Assembly (NCBI GenBank): GCA_002633005.1 | Contig: NMRA01000160.1 | Span: forward strand, 145,640-209,639 | Direction: 5' to 3' | Source of the DNA: Phoronis australis | Taxonomy: Eukaryota; Animalia; Phoronida | Length of the DNA stretch: 64,000 nt | Shown here: positions 35,401 to 48,110 of the stretch, in pieces | Position numbering within the stretch: the first letter of the stretch is position 1 | How the letters are laid out: the number at the start of each line of letters is the position of its first letter | Notes under the pieces: generated by a model | What the model was told of the DNA's origin: nothing | Seen by the model: only the letters and a program-made list of their open reading frames with translations | Databases searched by the model: none | Made by a program: the position numbers and the translations under genes

Positions 35401-38400
35401 TAGCCACGCCAGACTAGTGCTTCCCTGCATCAAAGTTGCCTGGCTATGATAATGTATTCTCGACTACACAGAGTAATTTTGCAGCTGCCACTTCTTGCAA
35501 ACAGCAGTGATGGAACATAGATCATGGTGTTTTTTTTGCGGTCTTGTTCAAATTCACTTAAATTCATGGGGTTTGTTCTACTACTACATACAGTTATGTA
35601 GAAGACTCACAGTCGGCATGACTAACATCGAAATATACCATCGTTATTCAAATTGGGATGAAGATAATTGAGCTAGAACTGGCAATTTTCTGCTTTTCAA
35701 AGACGTACTACGGTATATTACTGTACTGCTTATAATTTTAGCCAAAATATTTGGCGTCGTCTCTTGACTTAACTGGTCCAGGACAAACCATGGTGTGCTC
35801 AAAAGTTATTTTTGTCATGAAATTTAACAAACCAAAATTCCCTTGTCCGTCATATTGTAATAAATTTACTAGTAAAATTTTCTGTTAAAAATTTTCCACT
35901 AAGACATTAATATTTGAAGTCGGATGACGCATGGACTTTAAACACAAAAAAATACGAGAATATTTAGCATAGAGTGGAGAAGAATGGTTCTCAAAATTAA
36001 TACCCCTGTTAGTGAGTATTACCAGAGTTCATGTTATTAGTACGACAAGGCGTGTTGTTTTGCGACTCTTGTAAAGGAAAGGTGCCAGAACCCCCTACCG
36101 TCAATAACAAATGAATATGTGACAGTCATCAATATAAAGATATAAATTAAAACCTAGATTGACACGTACCCTATGGTTAGTACCCTATGATTAGGCACAG
36201 GATGGAAACTTTGTGTGTTATTCATTTGTTATTGAAGTATGTCTCAAAGTTATTTCACACCGTTTTCATTTTGTATCTTAGTTGGCAGTTGGCTTTATAA
36301 CTGTACACTGGTGGCACCATGCATCCACCATGAGTTTTTATGTGTTAGTATAAATCTATGTGATGGACACACGCACTGCCACGTGTTCAGTCAGTTTAAG
36401 CAATATGCACTCGCACTCATAAAAGATGAGAAATTTGAGCTGCAAATTATATATATAAACAGATTTAGGCCAGGATACGTGGATAGCTCTTCAGTGCTTG
36501 TACGCATGACGTTTTTAATTGATTTGGCAGATAGTTGATGCTATATGTGACATTTGAAATATTCAGTTGACCTTCTCTGATCATGAATTGGTTTTGTCGT
36601 TAGAGAAGGAAATGAAAGGTGGAAACGGTGATAAAATACTTGCATTCAGCGTGACAAGCTTGATACACAAGGAAATATTTCACAGTGAATAAACGTGGAA
36701 TTCAGTTTATGACAAGGCACAATGGACAGTTAGCGCCATGACCTGAGACCTCATATTTCTATGTGCTGTTGAAATCGAGTAAAAGGGACATTATCGACGA
36801 GAACAGGGATTATCTGAGATCAGCCTCAGTGTGGAATCGAACCTGCAATGCTGTGGTTGTGGTGCTGACTGCTGGCCTATCTAGAAAAGAGCATTATTTA
36901 TAATTACAAAGTTCTTCACAATATTGATAACAATTCCAATTTACTCCTCTTTAATAACTTCAGAAGGACACAATTTTGCGAAAATTTAAGAATCGTGCCT
37001 AAGTTTGTAATCCCTCATAATTTTTCTAATGCATTTCGTAAATCTCTTATTCAGTGCATCCAACTTTGATGTTAAATTTTTGTCATCTAAAAATTACATA
37101 AAGTTTTCAATTGCTTAGACTAACTGTCAAAAGATATCTGTCGTCCGAGTTTCATAACTTCCACACCAACTACTTTTATAACCACTGTTACCAGAAACAA
37201 AGAAACAATTCTTAATAAACTACGAGCGCGGGTCTTTTCCTTAATTCTCAAAAATTTCAACATAACTTTCACAACGTATCAAATGTTAGTAAATGTGGCA
37301 ACTTGAATAGCGTGTATGATTTCTTTTTAAAAGTCCTGTCAACCAAAACAGGTCGTGTCCATCTCTTCCAGGCCCTTGATTGGTGCCACCTCCATTTGCT
37401 ACTCATTTCCAAATAATCGACTTGCTTCATTAACCTTTATGGTTTGCAGCTACTTAACCTCAGGGATTGGAGTTTTCCTCTTTTATGAGGACTTCCTCTT
37501 TTTTGGTTTCGATTTCTTCTTATTTGATTTCCAGTTTCTTCTTTTTTCGTCTTGTTTAATCGTTATCTTGACTTTATTCTTGCAAAGACGTTTATTTCAG
37601 TTGAATTTTACTACACCAGAAATATCTCTATTGCATAAGCCCATTATTTGTGGAACGATACATCACCTGGAAAATTTTCCTCTTTTTTTGTCATTGGCCA
37701 TTCCAAGCCCCGTGACCTAGATCTGAATGTTTTAGTATCAATTTCATTTCAAATAACAAAATTAAATTTTGATTACTGAACAATCTCATTGGTACGGCCT
37801 TTCTGTGTTTTTGTGTGTTTGTGTATTTGTAATATTAGATCGTTCAATATCCTAAGTGTTATGTTGTTACATCAAAGAAATTGTCTTTTGTTCTTTTGAT
37901 ATCTGTCAGTAATGATCCTATTTTTATGTATTGTTATTAAATTTGATAATCTGCCTGCATATAATGTTTTCGGTTTGCAAGCAGTAATTGTATCTCTCCA
38001 TGTATTATGCTTAGGATGAAATAAACAGTTACGTAATATTATAAGAAATCGCAAACACCAGACTAATAAGAAATCATATTAGTGTCTGAGAAGTCAGTTG
38101 CAGAATAAGTCAATGAACTTTTCTCCTCCTATTGTGCCACTGTGCAAAATTAGAAAGTACTCTTATTAGCACAAAAGGTGGCGTTGTATATGCCTATGAA
38201 ATAACGTCCATACTTCGATTGCTTTTACAGACAAAGAGAAACGTCTCAAGCGGGGAATCTCGAAGGCGACAGACAACTGCTTGATAGTGACCCAAGCACG
38301 TAACCTAGTCATCAACGAGCTGGCCGAGTCGGAGGAACTCTCTCACAACTGCTTGATGGAGACCCCAGAGTACACGTTTGTACTGCCCGATCTGACCACA

Positions 38401-41400
38401 CATCCAACGGACTTTAGGGCCTTCCTAGAGAAAGACCTCATTGAGACGTCCACTTTAGTGTCCTTAGAGCAAGCAGGTAAGCAGGCATAACGGTTGTCGT
38501 GGGGTGCATTCAAGAATTAGTGAGTTTGTCAAGATTGGTGGAGGTTGGCACAGCCTTATTGGCGATGTAATTCAAAGCGGCGTTACTGGCCCTTAAAATT
38601 TGTTGCCGTGTTTTTACTATCCAAAGTGAAACTTGGGACTCTGGTTTGCACAAAGCTTCCAATTCATTCACGGTATAATTTCTTCAAATGCTGTTTGTAT
38701 TGGAAACGGAATACTTCATCGAAGCAATTAATTTGTAGGTTGCTTAAACTGGTGGGCAGAGATAGGTGCTTGTCAAAGACTGTGGCCCTTGGCGACATCA
38801 GGAGACGGCAATTGTCTGCTGCATGCTGCTTCTCTTGGTGAGCACACGTTGTGTACCTTAACGTACTACTTTGATTTGTGTTGATCAAATTATTGATGTA
38901 CTGGCTCAAAGATTCTGTCTATTATGCTATGGGAGATATGCTATTAATATGAGATTCGAAACTATTGCATTGTTTTTTTTGATCTTGAATTCCAGGTTTA
39001 TTGGAAGGACTTATTACAATAAATGGAGTTTTTAATTTCGAATTTGCTAACGTGTTCATCAGTATCAGATTTGGCGACTTTCATAAAAATTGTTATATCA
39101 TTGTTAAATAATTGCCTTCTTCCCAAAAACAACCAAGCTGTGTTTATTTTATTATTCAAAACAATATGACAGGCATGTGGGGTTTTCATGACCGACTGCT
39201 GACCCTTCGTAAAGCTCTGCACAACACGTTAACCAGTGGTTCACTGAAGATGGCACTGTACCGTCGTTGGAGGTGGCAACAGATGATGAACAATAAAGAA
39301 GTGAGTAGTTGTCAAACTGGGCAGATCCTGTAAGATACTGTTACTGGCTTAAATAGTTTTGCTGCAGCTTTACGTTATTTTGTGGACGTGGAGAGTTTCA
39401 CGTCTGACTTGTTCACAACGTTTAGAGTAATTTTTGCTGTGTGTTACTCTTCCGTTTGAAAAATCTCATCTCTTGATGAAGCTAGGGCAGGGTTTGCACA
39501 TTCATTCTCGCCCTGTGACCTTTCTTTGTGTTTAAGGTTATGAAGGTCCACAGAAAAATGTCTAATTGTGAACTTGGCTACGTCATATCTCAGAACCAGT
39601 TGATGGGATTCATTTGAAACTGTTACATACTATGTTTAATGCACTGTTCTTCAAAATAACATTTTAAGGGATTGTTGTTTAAAATCTTCCTTGCTAAATT
39701 GTACTTAAAAGACGTGGTCATGTTAACCAATAGATGGCAGATTGGTAAAACTCTACTAATCAAATTCTACACACCTTTAGGTTTTGGAAATAACTACTTT
39801 TACTGTTATAAAATCATTAGTTTGATTTGTAGATATTTGTCTAAAAACACAGACTAGTCAATCAAGTCCTACATAACTTAAAATTTAACTCTCCCACTTA
39901 ACTGTGACGTTTTTAAGAAGGCTTTGGTTCTTCTCAGTCCACTGTGTCATTGTTTCTGGCCAGGGTTAAATATCCCAACTGTCATGTGACCATGTTTCAG
40001 GTTGGTCTTGAGCAGCTCCAATGCTACTGTATCTCCTGTTCAGGTGGAGTGCTCATGTTTCTACTACCAATGCGAACCGGTTACGATTTTGGGCTGATTT
40101 GAAAGTCCCACCTTGGCTATGACCACAACTCTTTTGTTTCAGGTGGGGTTTGAGTTCTCTGACCAAGACTGGGAAACAGAGTGGTGTAACCTGCTGAAGC
40201 TGGCCTCGGCCGAACCTCGTTCCCAGAGTGGTAGGCCCAGCAGTTGTTGTGATAGCCCAGCCACGAAAGGGTGAGCGGTGTGTTTACCCAGGAGACGTAA
40301 TCTGCTTAAAATCCGTGTGCCTCTTGTTAAAGGGATATTTCTTTCTTACGCACTTCCATAAACATGAATTATGTGCTTTGGCTGTGTTTCATTATCCTCT
40401 CCACTCATGCAGCACCTGTGACAAGAAATCTTCACTGATTGAACAGAAACAGGGAATTCTACCCATAATGCAACTTTCCAACTAACTTCAGCGGTGGCCA
40501 TTTTTCTTGGATAGGCTAGTTAGCTGCTGTACTTCTTGGTGAGGATGCCACTGAGGGCTGATCTAAATGCTAAGAATTGGAAGGAAAGGACATGGAAAAT
40601 AATAAATACTAACAATAAATGGAGATAAAACAACTGGGCAGAGGTTGTAATCTCTGTGCTTAGAATTCGACTTGAAGAATAACGAGCTGTGTGTAGTGCT
40701 TCGTGTCAACTTGGAATTTGTAGTCGAATCATGCGGCGAGTCTTGAGTTTGAATTGAAGGATTAGCGTGGATAGGGATTTGCGTTCTTACTGACGTTATA
40801 TTAAGGTAATTGGATAAATTCACTACTAAAGATGACACTTCTTTAAATATCTTTCAAGTACAACTCATCAACCCGTGAAACCAGATATTTTTGAAATCCT
40901 TGATGATCACAGAAACCTACTGTGCACACGAAAGTAATGCTTTGTTGTTTGTAGTCATGTGACTGTAGTTTTTCTTAAAAAATGCGATTTTTCAATGTTT
41001 GGCATGGGGTGAGTCGTGGCTGCTATGTAAGTAACAAATTTCACTTGTACTTGTTTATAAATGATAATAAATACCTTTAAAAACATAAAAGATTCACATG
41101 AAACTTGAGAATTGTATCTCTATATTCTATTGGGAGCAATCAAGTGTCTGGAAAACATTTAGACCAACTTCCAGTCATCAAAAATATCGACCACGACATA
41201 TTAAATTTTTTCACTGAAATGACCCGAGATTTGAAAATATTTGATTTCCTGGGTTGACGAGTTGAATTTTAAGATTTTTGAAGAAGTGTGACACTTGATA
41301 AGCAAGGTATCCAAGTGTCTTAAATCTCAACCAAAGTTATGTTCAAAATCGAAATAAATCTCACACTCTTTGGTTTTACCGAACTATTCTGGTGCCGCCA

Positions 41401-44400
41401 TGCTGGTGAGTCATCAGTATATATAGTTCTCTGATGATGGTGTGTTTGTGCTCAACTTTTGAAGTCGCGCGTAGCGTTAATTACGTCAATCAGAAATTAC
41501 GAATTTCGAACTGTTATAAATTGAGTTAGCGATCTATGATTTTGACCTGTATAATTAAGGATGTTAACCCGCCATATTTAAAGAACAAAATGAGGGTTTC
41601 CACCTCTACCCATGAACCAACGTTAGGTTTTGTAGCATTTTTTAAACTTGGGTATTATTATTATTATATGTCATTTCAAGAGATGTACTTGTCTACACAG
41701 CTCGTTACCGAAGGCCGATACCCAGAGCGAGGTATACTACGAGAGCTTGGAGGAGTTTCACGTCTTTGTACTTGCCCACGTTCTCAAGAGACCCATCGTC
41801 GTCATCGCCGACAAGTTTCTCAAGAACTTTGAGGGCGAGGCCATTGCACCCATCCCCTTCGGGGGTGTCTACTTGCCATATGAGTGCCAACCCACTGAGT
41901 GTCACAAGTCACCGCTGGTTCTAACATATGATGCGGCGCACTTCTCTGCTCTTGTTGCCATGGAAACTGACAAATCCACATCGCTACCGGGTAAGTAGTT
42001 GTGTAACTTGATTGATGTTTGAAGAGATGACCAACTTTGTTTTCCACCATCTTCATGTACCATTGCAGTGCCAGGAAAGCAATAACGCATTGTTATCTAG
42101 GTTCACATGTGCAACATTTTGACAACATCATTTACAAGTCAGGTGAATATTTTCTTCCTTCTATTTCAGGCTACTTTTTGGCTTCACAGTAAAGCTGTCT
42201 TGAAATTTTAATCAATAGAGTTAATGTGAACACCATACATAAAGAAGATTTGAATTATTAATTATAAGTTTTATCCCTGCCTAGAAATTTGTGAGATGAT
42301 ATGTGTATCTACTGTCACCTGCAGGTTTTTTCCAGTTGGCTAGCCAGCTGATTTATGTGTGCAGTTGCAGCCTGCGTTAAAGTAACGTGACATTTCATTG
42401 TGGCGAGTCGTCTGCGCCCACTGATAGCTACAGTTACGACCTTTCCACAATTCCTTGCGCAAATTTTGTCTTGTGTTATTCTTGAAAAGTTCAATGACTT
42501 TGTGCCTTGTATTCGCATTTGGAAGATGATGACTTCAGGTGGTTGCCATCAGAAGTAAACTGTTCTCATGCGTGCTGGCAGAGGGGGTGGAAATAGTTCC
42601 ATGGTTACACCGCTGAGTTCCAGCTTTGTTCCCCTTAACACCAAACCTGTGGTACAAGTTCATACCAACGCTCCTAAACTCCACAGGTGCACCGAGAATA
42701 CTCCAAATCAGTCCCTAAACATGGGTGCCAAAAGTTTTTGAAGAAATTTGTGATGTTCCTTTGTCACTGATGTAACATACCTGGTTTGCAATAGAATCCT
42801 GTTCTATTCAACTGACCTTTTCAGTCAAGAATTTCTTGGTCCATGTTAAAGAAATCTGTCATTAAAACAAATGCAATTAATATTTCCCAAAAAATGTTTC
42901 TGTCTCCCATGATTGAATCTTTTGTATCCTGACAAGAGAACAATGTAGACCACTGATCGCGTTATGAAATACTTATACATTCATGTGAAAATTAGGTCAC
43001 TTTATTTTTCTTCATTGGGTTCTGCAACTACCAAAGGTAACCTTTAGGCCACAAGGTTTTTACCTGGAGCTGCATGTGCGTAGGTTACGTGTCTAGGTGC
43101 TTGCAACTATGTCTCCTCTTTGGGTGTCGCCATTTTCTGCTGGTTGCTTCACATTTAGGGACTTCAAAGTTACATCTTTTCTTTCAGTTATGATTCCAGT
43201 GGTCGGCCCGGACTTTAACTTGTTGCCTCTTCACTTCTCAGTTGACCCAGGCAGTCATTTTGTCTGGAACCGCGATGAGAAAGACCACAAGAAGCTGTCG
43301 AATCTCATGATGACACCAGACAAGAAGCTTCAGTTAATGGAAAAATACCTCGTTGTGGAGTGCGCTCCAATACCGACAACTGCCACGTCAGAGGACGATG
43401 ATGAGACTAAGTCCAACAGTGGGTCGGTCGACTCGTCAGAGAATAGTGGCGGTACCAAGCTAGTAACAACGCAATTGTCAGATGGAGGCAAGACAGAAAA
43501 GGAGAGGAGCAAGATGGCGAAACAGATGCAAAGCGTTGCTAAGCAATTTGGTAGCATTGGTAAGTCTATGGGTAAGAAGCTGATGAGCATGGGTAAAGTG
43601 GGCAAGAAGGACAACGATAAGGATGGCAATGGCAAGGATGGTGGCGAGGGCAAGAAACGGCCGAGGAAGCTGTCTGTAGGCGCAGTGACTCAGAGCACAC
43701 GAGTGAACTTGGTGAACGTTTTGAACGAACGCGACCGGGTACTGTGTGCAAAGATGACAAGCAAGAGGACGGGCTATCAACAGGATATGTTGAAGAACTA
43801 CATGGCATCGGCGAGGCTTAGGTTTGAGCAAGACCGTGAGATGAAACAACTGCGGGCTGAGGAGATGAAGCAGCGAGCCAGTCGTCAGTCGGCGCTGGTG
43901 GCAGGCCTGCGCTGCGCTAACTCATTCTGCAATAGGGAAAGTGCAGAGAATCTCAACTACCTGTGTCAGCAATGTTTTGACCAGCAAAAGCAGCAGGTGG
44001 TCGAGATACAGAGGTCACCTAATTTAAAGAGGCTTTCGAATTACGACAACGTACCGGACGTGGGTGGGAACAATGTCTCATATCCGCCCATCACGAGGAC
44101 TGACACGCTTGTGGCGCCAGGAAAGTCGAAGTTTTACACGCCATCTGAGACAAATCTAAGTTACTACAGTGACAGAACTGCTGGGACTATTCCATTGCAG
44201 AGAGGGGGTGTGCAGGACCAACATCATCCCGTTCCTCTGGGTTTAAGTAATTCAACGTTTTATCAACAATGCGCTAATACGGGTAATAATGTACGGCTGC
44301 CTAGTATCTCACCTTATGGTTGTGGACCATCTCCAGGGAGTCCCGTATCGCCATTACATTCTCCAAATATGGCACTGCGCCAACCGACTAATTCTAGGGT

Positions 44401-44833
44401 CATCGTGTCCAACAAAATACCTCCCATTGTACAGAGAGATAGAAGTCCTGGTCCGGTATCTGTTGGTCACAGTGGACCTGATGAACAGATGCGGGTGACC
44501 CGTTTTGTGTCATGTGATCGGCCACATGAGCCAATGAGGAAAAATAATGCTGCACGCCCACTTGTGGTACGCGATGGTTGCTTGAGAACAGGATATGACG
44601 CGTTTGACCTACAGATGGACCGTGCTCTGCGGGAGCAGTGCGGTGGGAATTCAAACCGACCAATAACAACACAGGAGGTGTGGTCAGCGGGAGATGAAGT
44701 GAGGCGACAGTGCAAGTCGGCCAATTGTAAATTTTACGGTAGTGAGGCTACGGATTTCTTGTGTTCCGAGTGTTTCAGAAGCAAACAGAAAACACTGTCA
44801 TATTTAGAGGCTTCACGAATGACTAAAATGTGA
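23385..44833 (+). CDS. OTUD7: OTU domain-containing protein 7 (Cezanne family) deubiquitinase, 921 aa; join(23385..23457,30810..30965,38231..38476,38739..38837,39173..39300,40143..40270,41701..41990,43188..44833)
   Basis: UBA-like [20 protein letters not shown]; EKRLKRGIS; [20 protein letters not shown]; catalytic [21 protein letters not shown]; [22 protein letters not shown]; [10 protein letters not shown]; [11 protein letters not shown]; A20 zinc fingers. All introns GT-AG, phases consistent, 2766 nt. Confidence 0.93.
23521..23566 (-). ncRNA. Minimal hammerhead ribozyme, antisense copy
   Basis: Reverse complement of the above with a perfect stem II GGTGT/ACACC. Confidence 0.7.
23894..23939 (+). 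ncRNA. Minimal type I hammerhead ribozyme (Penelope-associated)
   Basis: ACTT-CTGAGGA-T-GGTGT-loop-ACATC-GAAAC-AT-GTC-AAGT: stem I ACTT/AAGT, core CUGANGA/GAAA, palindromic stem III ACATGT, GUC cleavage triplet. Confidence 0.7.
24237..24388. repeat. 21-bp perfect minisatellite x7 (ATTTTAAGTGTTATCCAATCC)
   Basis: Seen directly; explains the [14 protein letters not shown] ORFs. Confidence 0.95.
26742..26989. mobile_element. TTAA-associated (Kolobok-like) MITE, family B
   Basis: TTAAGGCCAAAAAAA...TTTTTTGGCCTAA; homologous to 5041-5279. Confidence 0.65.
27535..27702. mobile_element. MITE CAGGGGCGGAT...ATCCGCCGCTG with 5-bp TSD TATTT
   Basis: TIR and exact TATTT duplication; internally homologous to 59467-59638. 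Confidence 0.8.
30810..30965 (+). CDS. OTUD7: OTUD7 coding exon 2
   Basis: tttcAG / GTGAGT; [17 protein letters not shown]... Confidence 0.8.
38231..38476 (+). CDS. OTUD7: OTUD7 coding exon 3
   Basis: [10 protein letters not shown]...LVSLEQA; tacAG / GTAAGC. Confidence 0.9.
38739..38837 (+). CDS. OTUD7: OTUD7 coding exon 4 (catalytic Cys)
   Basis: [33 protein letters not shown]. Confidence 0.92.
39173..39300 (+). CDS. OTUD7: OTUD7 coding exon 5
   Basis: [16 protein letters not shown]...RRWRWQQ...NKE. Confidence 0.92.
40143..40270 (+). CDS. OTUD7: OTUD7 coding exon 6
   Basis: [26 protein letters not shown]. Confidence 0.9.
40801..41323. mobile_element. TTAA-flanked foldback MITE (Kolobok-like)
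   Basis: TTAAGGTAATTGGATA...TATCCAAGTGTCTTAA; ~100-bp imperfect inverted arms. Confidence 0.6.
41701..41990 (+). CDS. OTUD7: OTUD7 coding exon 7 (catalytic His)
   Basis: [14 protein letters not shown]...[10 protein letters not shown]. Confidence 0.93.
43188..44833 (+). CDS. OTUD7: OTUD7 terminal coding exon (NLS-like KKRPRK, two A20 zinc fingers)
   Basis: tttcAG acceptor; long ORF to TGA. Confidence 0.93.
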
Positions 44834-45632
44834 TAAGAGACATAATGTAGCTGGGAATGATACTTGAGGGCAAGTAGCAGGCGTAGATCGGCATAACATG
44901 ACGTCTCAAAGATAACTTGTGCGTGTTTCCAAAAAAATTTTTTGTTCATTTTGTGCATTGAAATGCTACAAAAACAGCGCACGTTCCCTAGGATGTTATG
45001 AAAGGAGAACTTTTTTAAAAAGTTTTTATCAAATGTCACAGGCGTCGTGTAAATTAAAGCTTAATAATTCTGTTTGTCACGGATTATTTACCTACTTAAT
45101 GAGTAGGAGTAAATTGTGAATAGATTTTAGTATTTGCTAAGTACCAGTTACATTTTTGCAATTGCATTACGTATCACATAAAATTATGGAACTAAAGGAC
45201 GCCGTATGAAAATATTTTACCTTCAGAATGACCGTTTTTTGTTTTAACTGTTTCATTCTTTATCATGTTTTGTTTTCTCGATGAAATGCTAATGACTGCT
45301 ATGGTAACGGTGTGTGGTACATTTCATTGCTGAAGCAGTCACCTACAGTTATTACTGGTCCAGTTAGCATACAACGTGTTGGACGAGTGGAATTTCATTT
45401 TGTCTAATTCCTCAACAAAAAAATAAGATTAAGAAAAATTTAGTCTATTTCTATCTTGGTGAAGTTCTAGGTATTTGCAGCAGTGTAGTCGGTGTGTGCT
45501 GGGATGAATTGAAAAATTTCACTTTGACGATTATTTTGTGCAATATAACTGTAGGTTTGCTAAAATGCTGCCCAGTTGTGTTCTAGTCATTGTGTGTTGA
45601 GTATCCCTTTATGGTTTCTTATTCAACTTATT

Positions 45633-45984
45633 TTAAAAGGGCTAATAAACCCGCTTTCCCACAAAAATCAAATATTGATTTTGGCCACCGTCCCTTAGGA
45701 AGTTGGTCTCCAGCTGAGCCTCCGTCGATATGGAGGTGATTTCAGAGTTTTGAAAGAAAGAACTGACAGTTCGTTTTTGCTCAACACCACGCTTCACAAG
45801 TGAGCTTGTCGTGGCGTGTCATTTTTGTGTGCTGAGCGTGTTCACAAGGAATAACGAACTGTCAATTCCTTGCTAACCCAGAAATCACTTCTCGTCTAAG
45901 TAAGCAATAAGTCGAGGCCAATTTTATAGCAGGAAGTGGCCTTGGTCCATTAACTTTACGGAGTGCAGGTTTATTGCCACTTAA
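45633..45984. mobile_element. TTAA-flanked MITE family C
   Basis: TTAAAAGGGCTAATAAACC...GGTTTATTGCCACTTAA; internal inverted repeat ACTGACAGTTCGTT/AACGAACTGTCA. Confidence 0.65.
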
Positions 45985-47089
45985 AGAGGTCACGTGATCA
46001 ATTTTTGTTTGGTAAATTAATTCAGTCTGTTTTTGGTTTTAGCGTTTTTACCGTTGAACTTTGTTGCAACAAAGTTGCGTAGGATTTTTTAAAATGAGGG
46101 TGGAATTTAGTTTTATGTTCCTAGAAAGTTCTGCAAACTTGTCAGCTCTCCATGCTGTATGTTTTCACTTCAGACTGTCGCAGGTCAATTATTTGTTTTG
46201 CTTACGACTAACCTAGTTGAATACTTGATTTGCATTGTTTCTGACCAGACATCAACAGTTTTTATCTCTCTTGATAATTCTCAAACAACCAGAATCAGTG
46301 AATTTTCTGTGACTTGCTGTGAGTTATTTCCTAACTGAATAGCCAAGTTAGTTGTAGGAATCTGGAGTAATAAAAGGGTTTTGTGAATTGTTTCGTCTAA
46401 TTTTACACGTACAAAATTGAGATTTACACCTGCGATGTAGTTGTGTTGAATATAGAGACATTTTGTGATACACGAAGAATGGTTAGTAGATTTTTGTGCC
46501 ACTTTTGTTGATATCGCGACACTCTCCTGTCGAAGGTTTGCAAGTCCACCTGCAGGTTTTCTGTGTGCAGGGCTTTGGACCTTGCATTAAGGTTATACAA
46601 CGAGACGTTTCACGTCAGAACCAGCGGATGGAATGCAAAGAGCGTAACCATGAAATTGGAACTGTGGCTTCAAACAAAGTCCATGCTAAAATAGTCATAA
46701 TGAGATGGAATTTCCCATCACGACAACGACAGTTCATCACAGAAGCCATCCTCCACAACTGGGAATTCACCTGCAAGTTATAATATTGTCATCAAGATTT
46801 TGTGGATACGACTGTCGTTGAGTCATTTTTGATGTAAAGAGAATTACCTGTAGGAGTAAACAGTATTTTGGCAAGTGCTGTTGAAAGGACTGTGCCGCAA
46901 ACAACACGAGAAATTGTCGATGGATAGCGGTGGTTCATAAAGGATTAAAAACAATTCCCAGGTTGTCCATGACCCCAAATCAAATTGCTGTTATAACGCG
47001 GTAAGTCACTACAAGAGCAACGCGGAGCGTTGAAATGCGCCCACGAATGCATTGCAAATGGTGTGCTTTTAGGGTTACTTGTTTGTATC

Positions 47090-48110
47090 ATAAAAATGGC
47101 CGCTAGATGGCGCAAAAACATACAATCCATCCAAAAACAGGAACATGCCATATTTCATAAAAATCTGTCGAGGAACTTCAGAGAAACAAAGGAAAACAGA
47201 ATAAAATGAAATTGCCACTAGTGAGCACAGTGTCCGTCATAATTACATTAATTCATATAATTACACTTTCTAAATTTAGTAAAGATCCTGCAGTGGGTTT
47301 AGGAGATGCAACTATGGGTGCGAAACAAAACTACCACTAGGAGGCGCCACAGTAGTCAGTCACCATCATCAAAGGTAGTCTTCACACTGAGAACATATAT
47401 GCCAATTTTCAAATGATTTGGTTGATACAGGGGTGGACACCAAAAACAAGATTTGAAAACAGCAAAAATGGCCAATAGGTGGTGCAAAATACCTCGATTC
47501 CATCCAAAAACAGGAAGACAGCATCACCAATAGATGCCTATATTTAAAATTTTGTGAAAATCCGTTGAGGACCTTTGAAGATACTGATTTAAACGTAAAA
47601 AAAATAAAATTGCCACTAGGGGGCACAGCAGTAGTCAGATCTGTCCGAAAGTCGTCAGCCATAGTCAAAATCATATAAATACACTTGCTAAATTAAGTAA
47701 AGATCCTGCAAACGGTTTAGGAGATACAGCCATAGGTGCAACAAAAACAAAACTTCCAATAGGAGGCACAACAGTAGTTGAAATCGGAAAATCAACCGTC
47801 CTCTTTATAGTAACCACATACATACCAATTTTCACAATCATCCTTTGAGTGGTTTGGTTGGTAGAGGGGTGGATGCCACAAAACAGACTCGAAAGTAAAA
47901 AATGGCCACTGGGTGGCGTAAACTACCTTGAATCCATCCGAAAACGGGAGATCAGTGTCATCTCACTAATAGGTGCCTATATACCAAATTTTATGAAAAT
48001 CCAATCAGGACTTTTGAAGATACAGAGGTAAACATAAAAAAAAAAATAAAATTGCCACTAGGGGGCACACCGGTAGTCAGATCAGTCCGAAAGTTCGCTC
48101 TTGCCGTCCC
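47090..48110 (+). repeat. Degenerate tandem array (~370-440-bp units built of ~120-150-bp subunits), each subunit with a CTCF-like motif
   Basis: CCATCC.AAAAC.GGA, AAAT(T)GCCACTAG and AAAGATCCTGCA recur periodically; 8 CCA/G-C/A-TAG-GGC motifs. Confidence 0.75.

Noticed and set aside
43330-44724. Antisense and alternate-frame ORFs over the OTUD7 last exon, and similarly over InR and creatinase exons
   Set aside because: Shadow ORFs of real coding exons with no recognisable motifs
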